DNA of 31,656 nucleotides from the IMG/VR virus record IMGVR_UViG_3300005805_000292, positions 1 to 31,656 of that record; one strand, given 5' to 3'. How positions within the stretch are numbered: the stretch's first letter is position 1; each line of letters opens with the position of its first letter. This DNA is from a virus. Lineage: Duplodnaviria; Caudoviricetes. The translations under genes and the position numbers were made by a program. The notes beneath the pieces are model-generated. The model ran no database searches, was not told where the DNA came from, and was given only the letters and a program-made list of their open reading frames with translations. Positions 19,254-28,064 of this stretch are shown here, in pieces.

Positions 19254-21452
19254 ATGGCGACTCCTCAATTATCTCCAGGCGTACTAGTCAGAGAGGTTGA
19301 TTTAACAGTAGGAAGAGCTGATAATGTTTTAGATAATATTGGTGCGATTGCTGGACCTTTCTCAATTGGACCTGTTGACTACCCAATTGATATCCAAACT
19401 GAGCAACAACTGATTGAAACTTTTGGAAAACCTCTATCAACAGATGCTCAATATGAGTACTGGATGAGTGCTTCATCCTATCTCTCATATGGCGGTGTTC
19501 TAAAAGTTGTAAGAACAAGCGGAGCATCACTCAACAATGCGAATGCTGCTGTTGGCGCTGCATTCACAACAGCACTGAAGATTGATAACTATGATGATTA
19601 TATCAATAATCATTCGGATGGTAACAATTTTACATTCTCCGCTAAAAACCCAGGTTCTTGGGCAAACAATCTTAAAGTTTGTTTCATTGATGACCTAGGA
19701 GATCAAATCATCGGAATCAATACAACCAATTTGGCTGCTGCTGGCGCTCAAGTTGGTTATGGTGTTACTTCTGCAATTAACAATGTAGTCATTCCAGGAA
19801 CAGGTGCTACTTCAGTATTTGATGGATACCTAAAAGGAATTATTACTGGCGTATCTACAGATGCTGTAAACGGAAGCAGCACGGTTACAGTTAAGGTTCT
19901 TTCAAGAGTATCCTCTGCTGGAACTACCTACCCAATTGATTACGCACAGAACAATACTTTTGCATCATACGATACTGCCGATTCACTTTACTTTGTTAAT
20001 AACTCTGGAAATAACACTGGTCTTTCATCAGTTGCGCCATATACTCCAACCTCTGTAGTTGATTGGTACGATCAGCAGACTCTTGGACTGACTAATTCGA
20101 TTATTTACTGGAGATCCATTGCACCAAAACCAACAACCAATAAGCATTCATTAGACCGCTCAGGTAAAAATGATGCTATACACATTGCAATTGTTGATGA
20201 TCTTGGAACTATTACAGGAAACCAGGGAACAATCCTAGAGAAGCACGTAAGCATCTCCAAAGCACTTGACGCAGTATCTGCAGTTAACTCCCCACAAAAG
20301 ATCTGGTACGAGCAGTACTTAGCAGACTTCTCCGCACAAGTATTTGCTGGTGGAAATCCTTCAAGTGCGTCAGACGCATATTGGGGAACTACACCAAGAG
20401 CAACTGGATTCTCCACCGCCTTCACTCCAATCACCACATCAGCTGGTCTGTGGGGTCAAGAGGCGCAAGATATCACATTTAGTGCAATTGGTAACGTTTC
20501 TTACACTCTCAAAGGTGGAGTTGATTACTCTGCTCAAGGAGGAATGACGGCAACTCTTGGTGATTTGATAACATCTTATACCCTATTCGGAAATAAAGAT
20601 GAAATTCAAGTTGATTATCTAATTATGGGTCCTGGACTTGGATCAGAATCAGACTCTCAGGCAAAAGCACAATTCCTAATTTCTCTAGCAGAATCAAGAA
20701 AGGATTGTGTTGCAACAATTGGACCTCACAGAGTAAATGTTGTTGGTTTAACAAATACAACAACTCAAACTAACAACCTAGTAAGGTTCTTTAGTCCACT
20801 ATCATCTTCGTCTTATGCGATCTTTGATTCTGGTTATAAGTATACTTATGATCGTTTCAATAACAGATTCCGTTACATTCCTTGTAATGCTGATGTTGCA
20901 GGTCTAATGTGCCGCACAAATATTATTGCTTATCCTTGGTTCTCTCCTGCTGGACAACAGCGTGGTATCTTAAATAATGCGATTAAACTAGCATATAATC
21001 CAAATAAAGCACAGAGAGACATTCTTTATCCTCTAAGAATTAACTCTGTTATTGTAAAACCAGGAATTGGTATTCTACTGTTTGGCGATAAAACCGCTCT
21101 CGGATATGCCTCTGCCTTCGATAGAATTAACGTTCGTCGTTTGTTCTTAACCGTTGAGCAAGCACTTCAGAGAAGTGCAGAAGCGCAACTATTCGAACTC
21201 AACGATGAGTTAACGAGAGCAAACTTCAAGAACATTGTAGAACCTTATCTACGTGATGTTCAAGCGAAGAGAGGTCTCTATGGTTTCTATGTTGTTTGCG
21301 ACTCCACCAACAACACTCCTGACGTTATTGATAATAATGAATTCAGGGCAGACATCTTCCTGAAACCAGCTAAGTCCATCAACTATGTCACTCTGACCTT
21401 CGTTGCTACAAGAACTGGTGTAGCATTTGAAGAAGTAGTTGGTAGAGTTTGA
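19254..21452 (+). CDS. g18: Tail sheath protein gp18
   Basis: LSPGVLVREVDLT, PWFSPAGQQRG, FGDKT, SAFDRINVRRLF, KPAKSINYVTLTFVATRTG. Confidence 0.97.
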   Translation: MATPQLSPGVLVREVDLTVGRADNVLDNIGAIAGPFSIGPVDYPIDIQTEQQLIETFGKPLSTDAQYEYWMSASSYLSYGGVLKVVRTSGASLNNANAAVGAAFTTALKIDNYDDYINNHSDGNNFTFSAKNPGSWANNLKVCFIDDLGDQIIGINTTNLAAAGAQVGYGVTSAINNVVIPGTGATSVFDGYLKGIITGVSTDAVNGSSTVTVKVLSRVSSAGTTYPIDYAQNNTFASYDTADSLYFVNNSGNNTGLSSVAPYTPTSVVDWYDQQTLGLTNSIIYWRSIAPKPTTNKHSLDRSGKNDAIHIAIVDDLGTITGNQGTILEKHVSISKALDAVSAVNSPQKIWYEQYLADFSAQVFAGGNPSSASDAYWGTTPRATGFSTAFTPITTSAGLWGQEAQDITFSAIGNVSYTLKGGVDYSAQGGMTATLGDLITSYTLFGNKDEIQVDYLIMGPGLGSESDSQAKAQFLISLAESRKDCVATIGPHRVNVVGLTNTTTQTNNLVRFFSPLSSSSYAIFDSGYKYTYDRFNNRFRYIPCNADVAGLMCRTNIIAYPWFSPAGQQRGILNNAIKLAYNPNKAQRDILYPLRINSVIVKPGIGILLFGDKTALGYASAFDRINVRRLFLTVEQALQRSAEAQLFELNDELTRANFKNIVEPYLRDVQAKRGLYGFYVVCDSTNNTPDVIDNNEFRADIFLKPAKSINYVTLTFVATRTGVAFEEVVGRV

Positions 21453-21484
21453 TTTTAAAACAAAAACAAAGGAGGGACTAAAAA

Positions 21485-22054
21485 ATGGCACACTCAATCC
21501 AAGACTTTAAGACAGCACTAAAGGGCGGCGGTGCCCGCCCCAATCTATTTGAAGTTGAAATCACCAGTTTTCCTGGTGGAGCTGAATTTGATTCTACTGA
21601 ATTTAAAATCTTATGTAAAGCAGCAAATCTCCCAGCATCCAACATTGCTTCTATTGATGTTCCTTTCAGAGGAAGAATTTTCAAGGTAGCAGGAGATCGT
21701 ACATTCGATACCTGGACAATTACCGTAATTAATGACGAAGATTTCATAATCAGAAAGGCAATGGAAGCCTGGATGCAGTATATTGGACAATATGCTGATG
21801 GAAGTGGTGCGACCAATCCAGATGATTACCAAATTGATGCGATGGTCAAGCAACTCAAGAGACTTCCAAGCACAACCGGTGGCAACAATGTTACTGGTGG
21901 TGGTTTGGAAGTTGCTGCGCAATACAAGTTCTATAGCATTTTCCCAACTAATATTTCTGCTATCGACCTTTCATATGATTCGTCAGACACAATTGAAGAA
22001 TTTACAGTGGAATTCCAAGTACAATACTGGTCTCCATATACCGGCGAAAACTGA
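21485..22054 (+). CDS. g19: Tail tube protein gp19
   Basis: GGGARPNLFEV, VPFRGRIFKVAGDRTFDTWTITVIND, IEEFTVEFQVQYW; GGAGG Shine-Dalgarno. Confidence 0.96.
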   Translation: MAHSIQDFKTALKGGGARPNLFEVEITSFPGGAEFDSTEFKILCKAANLPASNIASIDVPFRGRIFKVAGDRTFDTWTITVINDEDFIIRKAMEAWMQYIGQYADGSGATNPDDYQIDAMVKQLKRLPSTTGGNNVTGGGLEVAAQYKFYSIFPTNISAIDLSYDSSDTIEEFTVEFQVQYWSPYTGEN

Positions 22055-22056
22055 TT

Positions 22057-22064
22057 TATAAATA
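22057..22064 (+). promoter_or_regulatory. Late promoter TATAAATA upstream of g20
   Basis: Exact consensus in the g19-g20 gap. Confidence 0.75.
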
Positions 22065-22094
22065 GTCTAAAGACTAAAAGATCAGTAATAAATT

Positions 22095-23774
22095 ATGGCA
22101 AAGTTATTTGGATTTTCTATTGAAGATAACGAGCCACTATCACCAAGTACAGTATCTCCCGTTCCCCAAAATAATGAGGACGGTGTAGATCATTACTTGA
22201 CTAGTGGCTTTTTTGGTTCTTATGTAGATATTGAAGGTGTATATAGAACTGAATTTGATTTAATTAAGAGATATAGAGAAATGGCACTGCATCCAGAAGT
22301 GGATAGTGCCATTGAAGATATTGTAAATGAAGCTATCGTTTCAGATTCAAATGATACTCCCGTACAAATAGAACTTTCAAATTTGAATGCTAGCGATGGC
22401 ATTAAAAAGAAGATTAGACAAGAATTTAAGCATATTTTAGATTTATTGGATTTTGACAAAAAATGCCATGAGATCTATAGAAACTGGTATATTGATGGAA
22501 GACTTTATTACCATAAAGTAATTGATCTTAAAAATCCACACGAAGGCATTAAAGAATTGCGCTATATTGACGCAATGAAAATGCGTTATGTAAGACAAGC
22601 AAGAAAAAAACCAGAAGATAAGTATAGAGTTTCAAACAATAATATCGAAAATCCAATGGATTTTGATTTTCCTCAGATTGAGGAATATTTTGTTTATAAT
22701 CCAAAAATGACTTATCCAACAGGAACTCCAGCACCTGGTACTCTTGGTGGGGCAAATTCTGGTGTAAAAATAGCAAAAGATGCTATCGCGTATTGTACTT
22801 CCGGACTTGTAGATAGAAATAAAGGGTCAACACTATCGTATTTGCACAAAGCAATTAAAGCACTCAATCAACTTAGAATGATTGAGGATTCACTGGTTAT
22901 TTACAGATTGTCTCGTGCTCCAGAACGTAGAATTTTCTATATTGATGTGGGCAATCTTCCTAAGGTAAAAGCAGAGCAATATCTACGTGATGTTATGATG
23001 CGATACAGAAACAAACTCGTGTATGATGCCAATACGGGAGAAATTCGTGATGATAAAAAGTTTATGGCAATGTTGGAAGATTTCTGGTTGCCAAGAAGAG
23101 AAGGTGGAAGGGGTACAGAAATTACCACACTTCCCGGTGGACAAAATCTTGGAGAAATTACTGACATTGAATATTTTAAGAAAAAATTATACAAATCCCT
23201 AAATGTTCCAATTTCTAGAATGGAAGGGGAAGGTGGTTTTAATTTAGGACGTTCTTCAGAAATTCTTAGAGATGAACTTAAGTTTACTAAGTTTGTTGGG
23301 CGTCTGAGAAAAAGATTTTCTAATATGTTCAATGATATGTTGAGAACTCAACTTATATTGAAAAATATTGTAACCCCAGAAGATTGGGAGACCATGAGTG
23401 AGCATATTCAATATGACTTCTTGTATGATAATCATTTCTCAGAACTTAAGGATGTAGAACTTCTGACCGAAAGATTAAATATGGTTGCTACTGCAGAACC
23501 ATATGTCGGTAGATACTTCTCTCAAGATTATGTGAGACGTAAAATTCTCCGTCAGACCGATATTGAAATTCTTGAACAAGATCAATTAATCGAAAAAGAA
23601 ATTAAAGATGGTATTATTCCAGATCCAAATGTTCCAGTAGATCCAACAACAGGTCAACCAATTGAGCCAGGAGCATCCGGTATGGATCTTGGGGAACCAA
23701 TAATGGAACCAGATTTAACATCTCAAGAGAAAACAGTTGAAGCTCCCTCTATCCCCAAGGGTGGGGAGATATAA
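22095..23774 (+). CDS. g20: Portal vertex protein gp20
   Basis: IYRLSRAPERRIFYIDVGNLP, EDFWLPRREGGRGTEITTLPGGQNLG. Confidence 0.97.
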   Translation: MAKLFGFSIEDNEPLSPSTVSPVPQNNEDGVDHYLTSGFFGSYVDIEGVYRTEFDLIKRYREMALHPEVDSAIEDIVNEAIVSDSNDTPVQIELSNLNASDGIKKKIRQEFKHILDLLDFDKKCHEIYRNWYIDGRLYYHKVIDLKNPHEGIKELRYIDAMKMRYVRQARKKPEDKYRVSNNNIENPMDFDFPQIEEYFVYNPKMTYPTGTPAPGTLGGANSGVKIAKDAIAYCTSGLVDRNKGSTLSYLHKAIKALNQLRMIEDSLVIYRLSRAPERRIFYIDVGNLPKVKAEQYLRDVMMRYRNKLVYDANTGEIRDDKKFMAMLEDFWLPRREGGRGTEITTLPGGQNLGEITDIEYFKKKLYKSLNVPISRMEGEGGFNLGRSSEILRDELKFTKFVGRLRKRFSNMFNDMLRTQLILKNIVTPEDWETMSEHIQYDFLYDNHFSELKDVELLTERLNMVATAEPYVGRYFSQDYVRRKILRQTDIEILEQDQLIEKEIKDGIIPDPNVPVDPTTGQPIEPGASGMDLGEPIMEPDLTSQEKTVEAPSIPKGGEI

Positions 23775-23777
23775 ATA
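23770..23777 (+). promoter_or_regulatory. Late promoter TATAAATA overlapping the g20 stop
   Basis: Exact consensus; AGGA Shine-Dalgarno and ATG 23805 downstream. Confidence 0.72.
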
Positions 23778-23804
23778 AAAACGATTAGTTATAGGAATTA
23801 AAAA

Positions 23805-23969
23805 ATGGATGATCTTATGGATATGATTATTGCCGATGAATCTCCATCGCAGATCAGTGATAAAATCAAAGACATTTTATTTTCAAAATCGGCGGAAAAA
23901 ATTGATGCTTTTCGTCCAACAGTAGCAGCAAGTTTGTTTGGAGAAACCGAAAAACAAGAAGAGGAATGA
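23805..23969 (+). CDS. 54-aa acidic protein, positional equivalent of prohead core protein gp67 (not in ORF track)
   Basis: Manual translation MDDLMDMIIADESPSQISDKIKDILFSKSAEKIDAFRPTVAASLFGETEKQEEE*. Directly after g20 with a helical body and acidic tail, as in T4 gp67. Confidence 0.75.
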   Translation: MDDLMDMIIADESPSQISDKIKDILFSKSAEKIDAFRPTVAASLFGETEKQEEE

Positions 23970-23970
23970 T

Positions 23971-24285
23971 ATGAAATCCTTTAAGCAATTTATTTCTGAG
24001 TCAGTTAATATATCTGGCGATTTTAATGGGAATCTCTATATAAATTCTCAATCAGAACCACAACAAGTTGGTGAGGAGTATGTTGCTGATGTTCTTTGGA
24101 ATGGAAGTCTTTATAGAATGGAATTAACTACGCAAAGAGGAATTCCATCCAAAAGAGATTTAGGAGAACAACTTCAATCGGAATACCCAGGAGCAGTTGT
24201 TCAACAAATTTATCCTGCAGAGGAAAAGAATTTAAATATTAAAAACGCAAAAAGATATCACCCATCAAAATTAGAGTGGATTTGA
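23971..24285 (+). CDS. 104-aa putative internal head protein with capsid-targeting-like N-terminus
   Basis: ATG at 23971 after GAGGA; begins MKSFKQFISE. Confidence 0.78.
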   Translation: MKSFKQFISESVNISGDFNGNLYINSQSEPQQVGEEYVADVLWNGSLYRMELTTQRGIPSKRDLGEQLQSEYPGAVVQQIYPAEEKNLNIKNAKRYHPSKLEWI

Positions 24286-24288
24286 TTA

Positions 24289-25875
24289 ATGGCTCAGTGG
24301 AATAAAAATGAACAAGATTATTTAAATCAGGAACGAACACTTCATGAAGTTTATATTCGTGCCGATGAGTATGGAAATATTCTAAATGAAAGTGCTTGTG
24401 CAAAATCTGCTTTTGGTGAGAATATTGCAATTCAAATTACGCCAAAAATTCAGGGTGATGCTGTCTATGGATTAGACCCAAGAGAGTTTGAAACATTTAA
24501 ATTTAGTTCTAGTGGAATTGTTACAAATGGTAATTCCAGATTTAGAGTTGGTGCCGGAACAGATGCCAATTCTTATGGTGTCCTTAGAAGTACTAATTTT
24601 TTAAGGTATCGTCCCGGACAAGGTGCGGTCTGCAGATTTACTGCGGCATATTCTTCTAATCCAGTAGGATTTACTCAAAGAGCAGGTTTATTTAATCAAG
24701 AACAAGCAATTCAAATTGGGTATGCCCATACCAACGGTCAATTTGGTGTTCTTCGTGCGAATGGTGGTAAAGCACACATTCAGGGTTTTACTTTCAGTGC
24801 ATTGGCAGATGGAAATGTAACGGTCACTCTCAATGGAACTGTCTTTACTGCCGTAACTTTGAATGCTGGAAGTATTGCTGGAAATATTGCGTTGCTTGTA
24901 CAAGGATTAGTATCTCAAGCAGCATTTACTGCTCGTTATGTAGTTGAATATGACCAAACCAGAATAAAGTTTTTATCAACATCTCTCGGTCCTCAAAATG
25001 GTACATTTAACGCAACTAGTACCACAACAATAACATTTACAAACACAACAAATCAAACTGGCGTAGCACAAACAGAGTATTGGACATTTCAAGAAGACTT
25101 TAATTTAGATAAACTTGATGGAACTGGATATTCTGGTGTTACTTTAGATCCATCAAAACTAAATGTATATCAAATTAACTTCCGTTGGTTAGGCGCTGGT
25201 GAGATCCGTTATGCGATTGAAAATCCTTACAATGGAGATATGATGTTCTTCCACCACGAACATTATACAAATAAATATGAGTTTCCACATCTAGATAATC
25301 CATCATTGAAAATTGGATACGTAGCAGCAAACTTGGGATCACCCACAAGTGGTGTTGTAACTTGTACTGGATCTTCATTTCTTGGTGCTATTGAAGGAAT
25401 TGTTCGACAAACAAGACTTCCATATTCCGTGACTACAACCAGGACTGATTCAATGAACAGTACTGGTTCTCTTTATCATCTTATTTCTCTTAAAAATAAA
25501 CTCATTTATCAGAATAAAATCAACACTAGAGACTTAATTCCCAAGAGACTTACTGCTTCAGTAAATACCGCAGGTGACCCAGCAATCATATACATATACT
25601 TCAATCCAACAGTGACAAATTATTTGAGATGGACAACTCAATCAGATTTTAATGCATCACTTTATGCAACTCAAGATAGCACTGGATTGTTTATTTTACC
25701 AGCACAATCAATACCACCAATTGCTGCATATCATATGACAGATAATTCTACCATTGATGTTGATTTGTCTCAGATTGGTATTGATATTCCACCCAATACT
25801 TTTCTAACAGCAGTCGTTTCATCTTCAAGTAATATGACTGCTGCTAGTGCTACGTTCATTTATGTGGAAGACTGA
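24289..25875 (+). CDS. 528-aa beta-rich putative virion structural protein
   Basis: Long ORF rich in Gly/Thr/Ser/Asn; motifs LRYRPGQG and FRWLGAGEIR; located in the head gene cluster. Confidence 0.7.
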   Translation: MAQWNKNEQDYLNQERTLHEVYIRADEYGNILNESACAKSAFGENIAIQITPKIQGDAVYGLDPREFETFKFSSSGIVTNGNSRFRVGAGTDANSYGVLRSTNFLRYRPGQGAVCRFTAAYSSNPVGFTQRAGLFNQEQAIQIGYAHTNGQFGVLRANGGKAHIQGFTFSALADGNVTVTLNGTVFTAVTLNAGSIAGNIALLVQGLVSQAAFTARYVVEYDQTRIKFLSTSLGPQNGTFNATSTTTITFTNTTNQTGVAQTEYWTFQEDFNLDKLDGTGYSGVTLDPSKLNVYQINFRWLGAGEIRYAIENPYNGDMMFFHHEHYTNKYEFPHLDNPSLKIGYVAANLGSPTSGVVTCTGSSFLGAIEGIVRQTRLPYSVTTTRTDSMNSTGSLYHLISLKNKLIYQNKINTRDLIPKRLTASVNTAGDPAIIYIYFNPTVTNYLRWTTQSDFNASLYATQDSTGLFILPAQSIPPIAAYHMTDNSTIDVDLSQIGIDIPPNTFLTAVVSSSSNMTAASATFIYVED

Positions 25876-25880
25876 TAATA

Positions 25881-25887
25881 ATAAATA
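25881..25887 (+). promoter_or_regulatory. Late promoter ATAAATA
   Basis: Consensus box in the gap before ORF 25911 and g21. Confidence 0.6.
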
Positions 25888-25910
25888 ACTAATAAATCTT
25901 TATTATACAA

Positions 25911-26177
25911 ATGCAAAGAACTAAAATAATTGAGTCTGAACTAGCAACACCAACAAGTGCCGGCGCGGCAAGCAGTATTAGTACTGCAAGTTGCGTCAGA
26001 CTTCATAACAATACCGCTGGTGTTGTTACTGTTGGGGTTTCAACTCTAGTTGGATCTGCTACAACATCATTTTTTAGTATGCCGGGAAATTCAGTTGAAT
26101 TCTTAGAAAAGTATCCCTCAGATGTCATTTGGACATCTTCCGCAATTAGAGCAGCAAAAGTAGGACTTACCAATTAA
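25911..26177 (+). CDS. 88-aa small beta-rich hypothetical protein upstream of g21
   Basis: Operon-oriented ORF ending 4 nt before the g21 ATG. Confidence 0.72.
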   Translation: MQRTKIIESELATPTSAGAASSISTASCVRLHNNTAGVVTVGVSTLVGSATTSFFSMPGNSVEFLEKYPSDVIWTSSAIRAAKVGLTN

Positions 26178-26181
26178 AAAA

Positions 26182-26832
26182 ATGAAACTCATTACCGAAG
26201 AGATCGAATCAGTAGAAGTTATTACCGAAGAAAAAGACGGTAAAAAAACTCTCTACATTCAAGGACCATTTCTACAAACGGAAGTTGTAAACCGTAATGG
26301 TAGAATGTATCGTATGCCAGTTATGGAACGCGAAGTTAAGCGTTACACTGAGCAATACGTAAATAAAGGTCGTGCTCTTGGTGAACTTGGACATCCCGAT
26401 GGTCCTACAGTAAATCTGGATAGAGTTTCTCATAAAATTGTTTCTCTCCAGAAAGAAGGAAATAATTTCATTGGAAAAGCACAAATTTTATCTACTCCAA
26501 TGGGAAAAATTGCCGAATCTCTTCTAAAGGAAGGAGTTACCCTCGGCGTCTCTTCTCGTGGTATTGGTTCAGTAAGACCAACCAAAGAAGGATTTACTGA
26601 AGTTGGTGAGGATTTTATGCTCGCAACTGCTGCTGATATCGTTGCCGATCCTTCTGCTCCCGATGCTTTTGTTGAAGGAATTATGGAAGGAAAGGAATGG
26701 ATTTGGGATGGAGGAATCCTAAGAGAAAAAGCAGCAGAGAATACAAAAAGAAAAATCAACACATTTGTTGATGGAGGTATTCTAGAGGAATATAAACTAT
26801 CATTATTCAATGAGTTCCTTAATTCATTGTAA
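26182..26832 (+). CDS. g21: Prohead core protease gp21
   Basis: NRNGRMY, ALGELGHP (catalytic His), LGVSSRGIGS (catalytic Ser), DIVADPSAPDAFV. Confidence 0.96.
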   Translation: MKLITEEIESVEVITEEKDGKKTLYIQGPFLQTEVVNRNGRMYRMPVMEREVKRYTEQYVNKGRALGELGHPDGPTVNLDRVSHKIVSLQKEGNNFIGKAQILSTPMGKIAESLLKEGVTLGVSSRGIGSVRPTKEGFTEVGEDFMLATAADIVADPSAPDAFVEGIMEGKEWIWDGGILREKAAENTKRKINTFVDGGILEEYKLSLFNEFLNSL

Positions 26833-26842
26833 TTTATTAATT

Positions 26843-26854
26843 TATAAATAAATA
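26843..26854 (+). promoter_or_regulatory. Overlapping late promoter boxes TATAAATAAATA upstream of g22
   Basis: Exact consensus; GGAG Shine-Dalgarno before ATG 26887. Confidence 0.72.
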
Positions 26855-26886
26855 TAGATTTCATACAGGAAAATCGGAGAGTTCAA

Positions 26887-28011
26887 ATGTCTCGTGGTAA
26901 CAATTTACAAGAAATGGAAGCAGGCACTAAGCAATCCAAGACTGCTGTGAATGCAGGTGCAAAGCCAGCAGAAGCAATGCCTAAACTATCAGGTAATATT
27001 CCCGATGGTCAAACTGGTTCTTGGGAAGATTTAGGTGGTCCTACTCCAGAAAATTATAAGTCTGATGATGATTCAGCAAAGCTGAAGACTCCAGGAGCAA
27101 CCCTTAAGCAAGTTAAGGATATTGTAAACAAGGGTGCTAAGCCCGCTGAAGCTATGAAGGGTATGAAGGAAGAAGAGGAACTCGATGATGAAGATCTGAT
27201 CGAAGAAGAAATCGAAGAAGAGACTGAGGAAGTAGAAGAAGTAGAAGCATCTGATGAAGATGAAGAAGAGGAAGTTGTAGAAGAAGAGTATGATATCGAA
27301 GAAGATGTAAATGCTCTTATTGAAGGAGAAGAACTCTCAGAAGAGTTTAAGGAAAAAGCAAAAACAATTTTTGAAGCTGCTATTGCTTCAAAAGTAAATC
27401 AAATTAAAGAGTCTCTCGAAGCACAATACGAAGAGAGACTTATTGAGGAAGTTCAAGAAATCTCAGAATCACTTTCTGAGCGTGTTGATTCTTACCTCGA
27501 ATATGTTGCTGAAGAGTGGTTCACTGAGAACTCACTCGCTATTGAAGGTGGTCTGAAGGAGGAGTTATCCGAGTCCTTCATGACCGGTCTGAAAGGACTT
27601 TTTGAAGAACATTATGTATCAATCCCTGAAGAAAAATATGATGTATTAGAGAGTATGGTAGAAAAACTTGATGAAATGGAGACAAAACTCAACGAGCAAA
27701 TTGAGAAGAATGTTTCCCTAAACAAGCGTCTCGCAGAGTCGGTTGCTGACGGAATCTTTGAACAAGTCTCTGAGGGTCTTGCGGCTACTCAGAAAGACAA
27801 GCTCGCTTCACTTGCCGAAAGTGTTGAGTTTGAAAGTGAAGAAGCATATCGTGAAAAGCTGGAGACTTTGAAGGAATCATACTTCCCTTCAAGATCAGTA
27901 TCTCCTTCTGCTAAAACTGAAACATTGTCTGAGGGTGTAGATAGTTCACCAGAATCAATTTCTGGTCCAATGTCTGCATACCTAAGAACTCTTTCATCAT
28001 TTAGCAAATAA
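26887..28011 (+). CDS. g22: Prohead core scaffold protein gp22
   Basis: Highly acidic coiled coil; ELSEEFKEKAKTIFEAA, VDSYLEYVAEEW, GLKGLFEEHYV. Confidence 0.94.
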   Translation: MSRGNNLQEMEAGTKQSKTAVNAGAKPAEAMPKLSGNIPDGQTGSWEDLGGPTPENYKSDDDSAKLKTPGATLKQVKDIVNKGAKPAEAMKGMKEEEELDDEDLIEEEIEEETEEVEEVEASDEDEEEEVVEEEYDIEEDVNALIEGEELSEEFKEKAKTIFEAAIASKVNQIKESLEAQYEERLIEEVQEISESLSERVDSYLEYVAEEWFTENSLAIEGGLKEELSESFMTGLKGLFEEHYVSIPEEKYDVLESMVEKLDEMETKLNEQIEKNVSLNKRLAESVADGIFEQVSEGLAATQKDKLASLAESVEFESEEAYREKLETLKESYFPSRSVSPSAKTETLSEGVDSSPESISGPMSAYLRTLSSFSK

Positions 28012-28064
28012 TTGAATTTAATATAATTCAAACAAAAACATCCACACAACAAAGGTAAACGCAA

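Noticed and set aside
23938-23970. Upstream start for the 115-aa ORF
   Set aside because: It overlaps the 54-aa g67-like ORF; ATG 23971 has a good Shine-Dalgarno and gives the capsid-targeting-like N-terminus.
27165-27305. GAA-rich repeat tract
   Set aside because: It simply encodes the acidic linker of scaffold protein gp22.
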